Below are positions 18,364 through 27,544 of a DNA stretch of 41,231 nt, piece after piece; the first letter of the stretch is position 1, and every line of letters begins with the position of its first letter. Location of the stretch: the NCBI GenBank assembly GCA_964625825.1, contig CAZVFJ010000003.1, forward strand, positions 1 through 41,231. The letters are read 5' to 3'. Position numbers and translations under genes: made by a program. The notes beneath the pieces are model-generated. The model saw only the letters and a list, made by a program, of their open reading frames with translations. It did no database searches and was not told the DNA's origin. Source of the DNA: an uncultured Leptospirales bacterium. Lineage in GTDB: Bacteria; Spirochaetota; UBA4802; UBA5550.

Positions 18364-19248
18364 TTAATCAAAAATTCCTGAAGGTGAATCTTCACAGTTG
18401 ATGCTGAATTGTACAGATATATCTGAAGCAGGAATTATTGTACCATAAACCGTTGAAGTGAGCCTGTTGATAATTTGTATCGATTCTATAGCGTCATCTA
18501 TTGATACGGGGGGAGGCTGAATTTTTTTCAGCATAAGGAATTCCATGCTGTATGTTTTGAGCATGGAGGCAAATTCTTCGGCCTGGGAGATGACTGATTC
18601 ATAATAATATTTTTTTATTGCAAGAGCATCGAGCGATTTATCTTCACGGCCATTAAGGAGCGTTGCAGCCCTGTCTGTCAAAGCCAGCATTTTTTTAAGT
18701 ACTGTTTCACTCTTCGGAAGGGAGTTGATGAGAATTTTCATGAAGTTCCCGCGATCACCGCAGGGAATAAATTTTCTTTTACGGAGGAGGGCCCTTGCTG
18801 CAAAGTAAAAATCAGGTAATGTTGAGGATTCCGGGTCTCCGATATACTGAAAGTCCAGGTCAAGATTGAGTTTTTTTATAAAGGATATAATTGAGGATAC
18901 GCGGCTTTCGGTATCAGGAAAAAATTTTCCTGCCGGTGTGATAAGATGTATTTCAGGAGATAATGATGTTATTGATCTGTTGAGAGTTTCGATTTCAGAA
19001 TGCTTTAGTCCCGTTAATGTTATAAGTTTTTCAATGTCAAGGCGAAATTCATCATCGGGATATATGGCAAGTTCATATATCGTACCGTCATTAAGTGTAC
19101 TGTCATCCAGAAATTTCAGCAGGTCATCAGGGCTCTCTATGCTGTATGATGTGCGGAGGAAATGAATAGTATCAGCATCAGGTGAGAATCCCCGGTCAAA
19201 GCGTGAGGCAGTTAAATGAGCAATGCGGTCAATTATTGTATTATTCAT
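18364..19248 (-). CDS. hypothetical protein (no recognisable domain)
   Basis: Long ORF divergent from sbcD. I prefer the ATG at 19248 (MNNTIIDRIAHL...), preceded by GGAGG 10 nt upstream. The ORF track starts at a TTG at 19287 that has no SD. Confidence 0.55.
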   Translation of the reverse strand: MNNTIIDRIAHLTASRFDRGFSPDADTIHFLRTSYSIESPDDLLKFLDDSTLNDGTIYELAIYPDDEFRLDIEKLITLTGLKHSEIETLNRSITSLSPEIHLITPAGKFFPDTESRVSSIISFIKKLNLDLDFQYIGDPESSTLPDFYFAARALLRKRKFIPCGDRGNFMKILINSLPKSETVLKKMLALTDRAATLLNGREDKSLDALAIKKYYYESVISQAEEFASMLKTYSMEFLMLKKIQPPPVSIDDAIESIQIINRLTSTVYGTIIPASDISVQFSINCEDSPSGIFD

Positions 19249-19478
19249 TCGGCCGGAACCTCCACAGAAAATTAATTTTTTATTCAATCCAATATAGCGG
19301 GTAAACAGTGTGAAGTCTCCCGGTTTTTATCAAACTAAAATTTTTCTTTTTTTTGCCGGTGTTGGATAAAATTTTGTTTTTAAGAGCCGGGCTTAGTTCG
19401 TAGTATTAATTGCTTGAAATCCCTGTATTGGATTTTAATCTAAAAAAGATAATTCAAAATTTTATACCGGAGTTGCAG

Positions 19479-20618
19479 ATGCGTTTTATTCACACTGCTG
19501 ACTGGCATCTCGGGAGGATCTTCCACGGGATGCACCTTACTGACGATCAGGCCTATTTACTTAAAAACCTTGAACTTCTCCTGAAGGATGAGAAGCCCGA
19601 TGCATATATTATTTCCGGCGATATTTACGACAGGTCTGTTCCTCCGCCCGAGGCAGTTGAGCTTTTAAGTCTACACCTTGAGAAGGTTTCCCGAGACCTG
19701 AATATCCCTGTGATAATAATCGCGGGGAACCATGACGGGGCTGAGAGGCTCGACTTCTGTTCAGGAATGATGAAAGGTGCGGGACTTTATATAAGCGGAA
19801 TATCCAGGAAAAATGTATCTCCTGTAATAATTGAAGATAAATATGGCCCTGTATACTTCTACCCCCTGCCATATACAGACCCTGAAAGAATGAAACTTAT
19901 TTTTGAACTGGACAACGCAGTTACACATAATGACTGCATCGCTATGTATGCTGAGAGGATAAGGGCAGCACATTCTGAAGGAGTGAGGGCTGTTGCCGTT
20001 GCACATGCCTTTGTTAATGGCGGGAGGTCAAGCGAATCCGAGAGGCCACTCACAGTCGGAGGAGCGGGAATAGTTGATTCGTCACTCTTCAGTGGATTTT
20101 GCTATACCGCACTGGGGCATCTTCACGGCGCACAGAGTATAAATGATACTGTGCGTTATTCAGGTTCTATCATGAAGTATTCAATATCCGAGGCTAATCA
20201 TCAGAAATCGGTCACTATTGTTGATATCGGAAGGGATGGCGGCTGCTCTTATTCGGCAATACCACTGCTCCCCAGGCACGACCTGAGGATCGTAGAGGGG
20301 ACTCTTGCTGAAATACTTAAAGGAGATGACCTCCTCAACAGAGATGACTATGTCGCAGTAAAGCTGACTGACCGCGAAGCTGTTTATGACGCGATGAACA
20401 GGCTGAGGGAGATCTATCCTAATATAGTCCATCTTGAAAGGATGGACTATATTCCAACGGGTGAGACCCTTGAGCCGCTGAAAAGGCTCAGGCTTGGAGA
20501 GACCGAACTTTTTGCTTCATTTTTCAGCGCTGTTACGGGTGAGGATATGAGCAGTGAACAGGATGAGGTCATCCGTAGTGTTATTGAAGATACTCTGAAA
20601 ACGGAGGACCTGATATGA
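19479..20618 (+). CDS. sbcD: exonuclease SbcCD, nuclease subunit D (Mre11-like)
   Basis: MRFIHTADWHLG after GGAG, then GDIYD and GNHD, the calcineurin-like phosphoesterase motifs. The ORF-track start at 19410 is likely an over-extension. Confidence 0.9.
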   Translation: MRFIHTADWHLGRIFHGMHLTDDQAYLLKNLELLLKDEKPDAYIISGDIYDRSVPPPEAVELLSLHLEKVSRDLNIPVIIIAGNHDGAERLDFCSGMMKGAGLYISGISRKNVSPVIIEDKYGPVYFYPLPYTDPERMKLIFELDNAVTHNDCIAMYAERIRAAHSEGVRAVAVAHAFVNGGRSSESERPLTVGGAGIVDSSLFSGFCYTALGHLHGAQSINDTVRYSGSIMKYSISEANHQKSVTIVDIGRDGGCSYSAIPLLPRHDLRIVEGTLAEILKGDDLLNRDDYVAVKLTDREAVYDAMNRLREIYPNIVHLERMDYIPTGETLEPLKRLRLGETELFASFFSAVTGEDMSSEQDEVIRSVIEDTLKTEDLI

Positions 20619-23600
20619 AGCCTGCAAAACTGATTATTCAGGCGATGGGGCCATACAGGGGTGAGGAATCTATAGATTTCACAATCCTCGGTGATAAAAA
20701 ATTTTTTCTTATTCACGGGCCGACAGGTTCTGGAAAGACGTCCATACTGGACGCAATAACATATTCTCTCTACGGAAGCACAAGCGGTGATGAGAGAAGC
20801 CTTGAGCAGATGAGAAGCCAGTGGGCTGATGCTGATACAGAATCTTATGTACAGTTTGATTTTTATATCGGGGGAAAGCTTTACAGGGTAAAGAGAAGGC
20901 CGGGGCAGGTCTTGAATAAAAAGAGGGGCACGGGGACAAGGAGTGTTGATGCAGAAGCAACACTCTGGTTTATTAGCGGGGAGCCTGAAGTTCTTGCTAC
21001 GGGTATTATAAAGGTTACAACCAGGGTTGAATCACTACTGGGTTTCAGCAGCGAGCAGTTCAGACAGGTTATTGTGCTCCCGCAGGGAAAGTTCAGAGAG
21101 CTTCTCTCTGCAAAGGCTGAAGGGCGGGAGGAAATTCTAAAAGTTCTTTTTAACACAGAAAAGTATACTCTGATTCAGAACATGATAAAGGAACGGGCTT
21201 CTGCGGTCAGACAGAGGCTGGAAAGTTTAAGGTTTGAGCGTGAAACAGTTTTAAAAGGGGAGGGTGTTCAGGGTATAAATGAGCTTAAAATTCTTTTTGA
21301 TGAGAGAAATGCTGAGGCCGAAAACCTTAAGACTGTTCTGAAAAAACTCCGGGCGGACGGGAAGAAAATTGATGCGGAGTATCAGAAGGCTTCATTGATT
21401 GAAGCACGCTTCCTGGAAAGGGATAGCGCGCTTGAAGCTCTCCGCCTCCTTGAGGCGGAGAAACCTGAGATAGAGCGCTACGAAAATATCATCAGTATAT
21501 GCCGAAGAGCAATAAGCCTTAAGGATTTTCATAAATCTTTTATTGATGAGAGAGAGAGGTATTCTCTAATTGAAAAAAAGTTTTATGCAGCGCGTGATGA
21601 AGAAGCCGGGTCCGGGAAAAGGAGAGCTTCATTAGAAGAGGCGCTTCATACTATTCCTGAAAAAGAGAGCCGACAGAAAATCCTTGAACAGGAAATATTC
21701 AGGCTTGAATCTGTAAGCGGAAGTTACGCGGAGCTTGAGAAGATCGGGAAGGATATAGAAATTTTTTCTGAGAAAAAGGAAGATTCTCAAAAATTATATA
21801 ATTCGCTGATTTTAAGAAAGGATGAGCTCCAGGGAGCAATAAAAATTTTTCAGAAGCAGATAGGCGAGGCTGAAATCGCAGGTGCATCAATTCCTGCACT
21901 GCAGAGTTCACTTGAAAAGATAATATCTGCCGGCAAAATAATTGCTGAGATTGAAAAAAATAGAATATCATTATCTGAACTTGAAAAAATTATAACCGGG
22001 CTCGAAAAATGTAAAGCATCTGCCCTGGAAAAACTGAATGAATCAGCAAATGCAAGGATCGTGATGGAAGATCAGTGGATTAAGGGGCAGGCTGCTCTGA
22101 TTGCCCGGGAGCTAGATGAGGGTAAGCCCTGCCCTGTTTGCGGCTCGCTCCACCATCCCGCTGCTGCAACAGGTGAAGGAGATATTCCTTCTATGAAAGA
22201 TATAGAAAAAGCCCGCAGACTGGAAAAGGAATCGGATGAAAAATTCAGGAATATTGAAAAGGATCTGATTAAAAAAAATACAGAGTTTGAATCCCTGAAA
22301 AATCTGAACGTAACAAAGGATGATATTCCGGAAGAGTTCCGTAATATGCGGAGAGATGAACTCGAGGAGATTTACAGAAAAGAATTTTCAACACTTAATT
22401 CCATAAAGGAAGTTTATAGCTCCGTTGATTCACAGAAAGATAAACTGGATGAAAGTGAAAACATTTTAAAGCAGGTGATTGCCGGTTTTGAAACAACAGC
22501 GGAAGAAATGAAGAATTATGAAATAAGTCTTGCCTCCATAAAAAGCAGATCTGACCAGATTAAGAAGAGCCTTCCCGAAGGTATATCAGACATCCAATCT
22601 CTCGGGAAAAAGCTTGATGAACTGAAGAAGGAAGCTATGAATATATCAGTTTATATAACTGAAACTGAAAAAGCCTATCATGGCGCTTCTGAAAGTTATA
22701 TTGCTTCAAAGACCCTGCTTGAAAGATCTGAAAAGGATTATAACGAAGCCGAAGACCGGCTGAAAAATAAAAGTCTGGAATTTAAAGTCAGGCTTTCTGA
22801 AGAAAAATTTTCATCGGAGGAGGAATTTGTTGAAGCTCTCAGGATATCCGGTTCGGTAATAGAGATTGAGGAGCGGGTTGAAAAGTATAGATCTCAATTG
22901 GTCTCCGCAAAAGACAGGGCGGGGAGAGCGTCAGCCGGGCTTGAAAAACTCGAACGCCCGGATCTTCTCAACCTGTCTGAAAAGATATCCGAACTGAATG
23001 GCGAAATTGAGAAAACTCTGGGAGGCTTGAATTTAATTGAATCTTTTTGCGAAAGGGTGCTCCGGATAATTCAGAGAATAAATGAACTCGAACTTTCTCT
23101 TGAGAATGAGGAGAAAAAGTATGGAATTATTCAGACTCTTTCAGAAACAGCCGGCGGGAGGAATAAATTCAGGCTGACGTTTCAGCGGTATGTGTTACAG
23201 TCATTCTTTGATGATGTTCTGATGATTGCATCAAACCGGCTTGAAAGGATGAGCCGTGGAAGATACAGGCTCATAAGCACGGGCAGAGTGGAAGACAGGA
23301 GAGGAATTGGCGGCCTTGACCTCGAGGTTTTTGATGAATACACAGGTTACAGCAGGCCGGTTGTGACGCTCTCCGGAGGAGAGGCGTTCCTGGCATCTTT
23401 ATCCCTTGCGCTGGGACTTGCCGATCTGGTTCAGCAGTATTCCGGCGGGATATTTCTTGATACGGTTTTTATTGATGAGGGGTTCGGCTCTCTGGATAGT
23501 GAGACTCTTGATCTTGCGATAAATACGCTTGTTGACCTTCAAAACAGCGGGAGGCTTGTGGGTATAATTTCGCATGTGAATGAGCTGAAAGAGAGGATTG

Positions 23601-23659
23601 ACGCAAGGCTTGAGGTTATTCCCGTGGCATATGGGAGTACAACTAAGTTTGTTGTTTAA
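20615..23659 (+). CDS. sbcC: exonuclease SbcCD, ATPase subunit C (Rad50-like)
   Basis: The ATG overlaps the sbcD stop (ATGA). Walker A GPTGSGKTS, long coiled coil, central zinc hook CPVCGS, signature LSGGE, and Walker B VFIDEGFGSLD. Confidence 0.9.
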   Translation: MKPAKLIIQAMGPYRGEESIDFTILGDKKFFLIHGPTGSGKTSILDAITYSLYGSTSGDERSLEQMRSQWADADTESYVQFDFYIGGKLYRVKRRPGQVLNKKRGTGTRSVDAEATLWFISGEPEVLATGIIKVTTRVESLLGFSSEQFRQVIVLPQGKFRELLSAKAEGREEILKVLFNTEKYTLIQNMIKERASAVRQRLESLRFERETVLKGEGVQGINELKILFDERNAEAENLKTVLKKLRADGKKIDAEYQKASLIEARFLERDSALEALRLLEAEKPEIERYENIISICRRAISLKDFHKSFIDERERYSLIEKKFYAARDEEAGSGKRRASLEEALHTIPEKESRQKILEQEIFRLESVSGSYAELEKIGKDIEIFSEKKEDSQKLYNSLILRKDELQGAIKIFQKQIGEAEIAGASIPALQSSLEKIISAGKIIAEIEKNRISLSELEKIITGLEKCKASALEKLNESANARIVMEDQWIKGQAALIARELDEGKPCPVCGSLHHPAAATGEGDIPSMKDIEKARRLEKESDEKFRNIEKDLIKKNTEFESLKNLNVTKDDIPEEFRNMRRDELEEIYRKEFSTLNSIKEVYSSVDSQKDKLDESENILKQVIAGFETTAEEMKNYEISLASIKSRSDQIKKSLPEGISDIQSLGKKLDELKKEAMNISVYITETEKAYHGASESYIASKTLLERSEKDYNEAEDRLKNKSLEFKVRLSEEKFSSEEEFVEALRISGSVIEIEERVEKYRSQLVSAKDRAGRASAGLEKLERPDLLNLSEKISELNGEIEKTLGGLNLIESFCERVLRIIQRINELELSLENEEKKYGIIQTLSETAGGRNKFRLTFQRYVLQSFFDDVLMIASNRLERMSRGRYRLISTGRVEDRRGIGGLDLEVFDEYTGYSRPVVTLSGGEAFLASLSLALGLADLVQQYSGGIFLDTVFIDEGFGSLDSETLDLAINTLVDLQNSGRLVGIISHVNELKERIDARLEVIPVAYGSTTKFVV

Positions 23660-23685
23660 AGGAGGGGATTATCTACACCGGAGTA

Positions 23686-24516
23686 TTGAGAGAGGAAAAC
23701 GGCGTTTCATGGATTGCAGGTGACGATGGAGAAGAATATTTTCGTGGCGGGCGTATCTGGAGCGGATATTTGAAACATTGGTGCGGGAGGAGGATACATG
23801 CCCGTCTGCTCGATAAATGTGAATATGAAAGCGGTAAACCGATTATTCTCATCTGGCCGGCTGAAGAGAAAAAACAGGGTGATTTTTTTGAGCTTTATTA
23901 TAATGAGCGTCTTGTGAAATATCCTGCATCGATATGCGGGCATAATGCGATTAATGTATCCGGGAAAATCTACAATTTTTCTCACCTGATAAATGAAAAT
24001 GAAATAATCACTCCCGAAGAATATTTTTACCGTCCGGCACTCGGTGAGTTTGCTCCCTCACCTGTTACGGGAAGATTTGATATTTCTGATCCGCTGCATC
24101 CATACTATGATAAGTTCGGAAGAATTTTTATGCGTGCAATTCATGTCCTGCGCGTGGATGATATTGATGCAGAGAGATTAACCTCTATCCTCATGAATAA
24201 AGTAGATCATATAGTTAACCTTACACCTGATCCCGCAAAACCGCAAAAAAATCCTGAGTTCCACTGGTATAAAAAAAACTGTACAACAAATATTGCCGAT
24301 GCTTTAAGCGAGTATGGATTAAACATCTCCGGGATCTTCCCCCGGGATCTCTTTGTAAGTGCCTGTTATTCATGCCTGAAAGAGTATGAAAAGGAGAAAG
24401 TTCAGATATTCACAATGCCGCAGCTTTTTGTTGATGAGGCTCCACGGGGCAGGATTACTCCAATGATAAATCCCGTGAATTATATTAAGGCTGTATTGCT
24501 GAAGTTTAAATACTGA
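23686..24516 (+). CDS. hypothetical protein; possible permuted papain-fold (NlpC/P60-LRAT-like) enzyme
   Basis: 276-aa ORF 27 nt after sbcC. There is no in-frame ATG in the first ~146 codons, so the start is a TTG at 23686. A strong GGAGG at 23661-23665 lies unusually far upstream. A His context (ICGHNAINVSGKIYNF) is followed about 110 aa later by a Cys context (YKKNCTTNIADAL), reminiscent of the H...NC order in LRAT/YiiX-type enzymes. This is unverified. Confidence 0.45.
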   Translation: MREENGVSWIAGDDGEEYFRGGRIWSGYLKHWCGRRIHARLLDKCEYESGKPIILIWPAEEKKQGDFFELYYNERLVKYPASICGHNAINVSGKIYNFSHLINENEIITPEEYFYRPALGEFAPSPVTGRFDISDPLHPYYDKFGRIFMRAIHVLRVDDIDAERLTSILMNKVDHIVNLTPDPAKPQKNPEFHWYKKNCTTNIADALSEYGLNISGIFPRDLFVSACYSCLKEYEKEKVQIFTMPQLFVDEAPRGRITPMINPVNYIKAVLLKFKY

Positions 24517-24527
24517 TTTGTAATAAA

Positions 24528-24554
24528 AAGCCGGTTCATACTTTGAACCGGCTT
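24528..24554. terminator. hairpin between convergent genes; U-tract only on the minus-strand transcript
   Basis: AAGCCGGTTCA TACTT TGAACCGGCTT, an 11-bp perfect stem. The minus-strand reading is followed by TTTTTATT, so it terminates the hydrolase gene. Confidence 0.75.
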
Positions 24555-24582
24555 AAAGATATAAGAAGTGATAAGAAAATGT

Positions 24583-26328
24583 TTAATTCTCCAATGGAAC
24601 GGTTAGTGATATCTGTGTTGCCTCTGTTTTCCCGTAATAATAAGTAATGTTAAACGGTGTCAGGCCGGGTTTTGAGTAGAGCGGATCACCTGTGTCAATA
24701 ACCATTGCAAGATGATGCCCTGCCGGGATATCATATCCGGTCGGGATGATAGGTACAGTTAATTCCATAGCTTCACCCGGTGTTGCATCCCAGAAAGTGT
24801 GGAATCCGTGTGTTATATATGTAGCTGTTCCCCATTTATCAACATCATAGAGGTAAATAATAACCTGTCCTTTGTTTTTTGTAAGTGAAAGTCTGAGTTT
24901 GGCCTCAGATCCTCCTCTTATCTTTTTATCAGTACTGAAAGCGGAAGATTCCCATGCTATTGATTCAATTCTGTTCAGAAGGTTGACATTTGTTATAACG
25001 CCTATCCCGAGCTGCTCAAGTATAGGGAAGATCGCAGCGCCGGCTGTTGACCCTGACAGGAGTCCTGAATACATACTGTTTGTAGTTGTTTTTGTATTTA
25101 TAGATGTTTTGAGGCTGCCGTTTGTAAAAAGAGTTCTCGGTCCGCAATAGAATGTCTCATCCGCTACAGTCGTTGGCGGCCATGTATAGTTACCATCTGA
25201 ATAACCGAGGCTGTCAGTGCTGTATTCAACCCTGTCGAGAGAGTTCTTAAGCTGAATGGTAACAACTGCACTTTTGTTCTCGTCTGTTATGATGCCGGTA
25301 TCAATTCCTTTAAGCCAGTAATCAAACCACTTGTCAACTTTATCAAAAACGTAGTTGTTGAGCCCCAGTAATCCTGTTGCTTCACCTGTGAAGTGTGTTC
25401 CAAGACTCAGGTCTACTCTTTTATGGTCCACTGTGAGGGCATTGAAGAAATCGAGAACACCGTCAGGTGAAAAGAGGTAATCCTCGGTCTGGTTTGCTAT
25501 ATAAATAGGTTTATTCTTTGCATTAATCGTGTCTATATAAGTAATTGGTGATCTCTGCCCGCACCACTCTTTCACCCACGAAATATTGGTGTTGGTTAAT
25601 GTTGCTTTAAAAATAGCAGGGATTTCATCACCCAGATTTGAGAGAAGTGAACCTGTTATGATAAGGAGGCTTCCCCATACAAGCTTGGGTGTTTCACCTG
25701 ACCACATATGTCTTTCGAGGTCTGTCCATGCTGATATTCCTACAGCTGTTTTGATTCTGTCATCATGAGCTACTGCATTAAGAGCTGCTCCACCGCCGAG
25801 AGAAATTCCGCAGACTCCTATATTTGAAGCATCGACCGGTGAATTGGCAATTAACCAGTCTACAATGGCGCTGAAATCCGTCCAGTCATCAGGGCTCCCA
25901 AGCTGAACTTCTCCACCCGACAGGCCCCAGCCCCTTTGCGAATAACTGAGAACAATATAGCCCTTTTTGGCAAAGTGAATAGCCTGAGCAATGTATTCAT
26001 GTTCTTCGCAAGCCCAGCTGTTCGGGAAAATAATTGCCGGAAATGTTTGACCGTCTTTTACAGCAACCGGGATAAGAATGTTTGCCGCGATTGTTGCAGC
26101 CTCAGTTGAGCCTTGAGAATTAATGTAAACACATTCCTTATATGTGTATTCATATGTTGTTGAATCTGAACTTTCAGCTTTAAGAGTCCCGTCAGTTCCC
26201 GGAATGGTTATGGATTTAGTCACTGATGAGCCGGGTGTACTGGTGCCTGTATCTGTCGCATCCATACATGAAAGCATAAAAGTTGTAAAGAGTGTGATAA
26301 TTAGGATAAAAAATTTTTTTTTATTCAT
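24583..26328 (-). CDS. alpha/beta hydrolase lipoprotein, CocE/NonD (X-Pro dipeptidyl-peptidase S15-like) family
   Basis: Signal peptide with lipobox MNKKKFFILIITLFTTFMLS-C. YSQRGWGLSGGE and the nucleophile elbow GVCGISLGGG are present. The large C-terminal beta-sandwich region is typical of CocE/NonD. Confidence 0.65.
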   Translation of the reverse strand: MNKKKFFILIITLFTTFMLSCMDATDTGTSTPGSSVTKSITIPGTDGTLKAESSDSTTYEYTYKECVYINSQGSTEAATIAANILIPVAVKDGQTFPAIIFPNSWACEEHEYIAQAIHFAKKGYIVLSYSQRGWGLSGGEVQLGSPDDWTDFSAIVDWLIANSPVDASNIGVCGISLGGGAALNAVAHDDRIKTAVGISAWTDLERHMWSGETPKLVWGSLLIITGSLLSNLGDEIPAIFKATLTNTNISWVKEWCGQRSPITYIDTINAKNKPIYIANQTEDYLFSPDGVLDFFNALTVDHKRVDLSLGTHFTGEATGLLGLNNYVFDKVDKWFDYWLKGIDTGIITDENKSAVVTIQLKNSLDRVEYSTDSLGYSDGNYTWPPTTVADETFYCGPRTLFTNGSLKTSINTKTTTNSMYSGLLSGSTAGAAIFPILEQLGIGVITNVNLLNRIESIAWESSAFSTDKKIRGGSEAKLRLSLTKNKGQVIIYLYDVDKWGTATYITHGFHTFWDATPGEAMELTVPIIPTGYDIPAGHHLAMVIDTGDPLYSKPGLTPFNITYYYGKTEATQISLTVPLEN

Positions 26329-26473
26329 GACATCTCCTCATCAAAATTATATATTAATTAGAAGATACCTTACTAGACTAATGTGTCAATAAAAAAACCG
26401 GATAGATGGTCGGTAATAAAAAAATTTTAATCCCGGTGTGATTTTATATTTAAAAGAGTGCTTCTGCTTAGGG

Positions 26474-26501
26474 AAAAATTGTTTTTTATTAAACAATTTT
26501 T
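26474..26501. repeat. 11-bp perfect inverted repeat between the TetR gene and the hydrolase gene
   Basis: AAAAATTGTTT (26474-26484), spacer TTTATT, AAACAATTTTT (26491-26501). It lies about 85 nt after the TetR stop and about 150 nt before the hydrolase ATG. Confidence 0.6.
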
Positions 26502-26586
26502 AAAAAATATTTAAAAAAAATAGTGATAGTCTGAATATTTAATTTTAATTATAGAACGATTATAAAAACTCCACGCTACCTTATTT

Positions 26587-27240
26587 TTAATTGTTTTCAA
26601 TAAAAATACCATAAGAGAAAGCATTTACAAATCTTTCTGAGAGGAGATCTATATCTATAGATTCTTTATCTTTTTTCGTTACTCCGTAATAATAAGCCAT
26701 TCGCATAAAAGCCCCCCCTATAAGGTTGGCGACAAGCTCTACGTCTGTATCGGGTTTAATTCGTTTTAGTTTAATTCCTACTATTAAATATTTTTTAGCA
26801 AGTTCGAGAATTTGAAAATTAAAATTGCTTATAAGTCTGTCGAAATTTTCACCAAGTCCCAGACCGATTTTCAACAGGATGCTGCAGTAATCAGGATTAT
26901 TTACAAAGAATTCAAAAGATCTTTTAATTTTGTATCCGAAAAATTTAATCCCGCTTTTATATTCCTCCGAATCCTCATCAGGGATGTCCGCAAGCTCGCT
27001 TTTCCATTTGATGAACAGATCTTCAAGAATAGTGGTGAAGATTTCATCCTTGCTTTTAAAGTACTGGTATACAGTGCCGCGAGCAACATTGGAAGCCTTC
27101 TGAATGTCAGATATCTGTGTCTGATAATATCCGTCAGCAGCAAACAGTTTTCTTGCACAGTTGAGTATTTGTTCTTTCCTCTCTTCAGGAGGCATTCTCT
27201 TTCTTGTTTTTACTTTTCCTGATTGGTTACTGTTTGCCAT
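26587..27240 (-). CDS. TetR/AcrR-family transcriptional regulator
   Basis: N-terminal HTH: RKEQILNCARKLFAADGYYQTQISDIQKASNVARGTVYQYFKSKDEIF. Confidence 0.85.
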   Translation of the reverse strand: MANSNQSGKVKTRKRMPPEERKEQILNCARKLFAADGYYQTQISDIQKASNVARGTVYQYFKSKDEIFTTILEDLFIKWKSELADIPDEDSEEYKSGIKFFGYKIKRSFEFFVNNPDYCSILLKIGLGLGENFDRLISNFNFQILELAKKYLIVGIKLKRIKPDTDVELVANLIGGAFMRMAYYYGVTKKDKESIDIDLLSERFVNAFSYGIFIENN

Positions 27241-27544
27241 TTTTCCGCCTTTATCTGTTGGTATAAATTTTGTCGATTAATAATAGAACAATTACGATAA
27301 TTTGTACTGTCTACTAATGTCAATGTATAAATCTTTATTTTAGGAGAGTGTTATTATCCAGACAAAAGGTAAAATATGCAATTATACCGTACGAAAGAAG
27401 CATTATTCTTCTGGTTTTCTTATAAAAAATTGATTTTTTTAAAAGTTTAAATATCCTAAAGGCCTTCCAAAATTTATTGACATCGGTTTTAACACTGCAT
27501 TAATGACTTTGTGAATCTATATAATTGATTACGGAGTATTTATA

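Noticed and set aside
19479-23659. The SMC-like ATPase plus nuclease pair as a novel phage-defence system (Lamassu, Wadjet or Gabija-like).
   Set aside because: Both proteins carry the full canonical SbcD (DxH, GDxxD, GNHD) and SbcC (Walker A/B, LSGGE, CxxC zinc hook) signatures and the usual ATGA coupling. This is ordinary sbcDC housekeeping repair.
27241-27544. A possible T-box or other leader riboswitch upstream of valS in the 304-nt spacer.
   Set aside because: The spacer is AT-rich with no recognisable T-box sequence, specifier-loop architecture or terminator/antiterminator pair. A TTGACA-N17-TTAATG promoter-like match at 27477-27505 leaves only a short leader.
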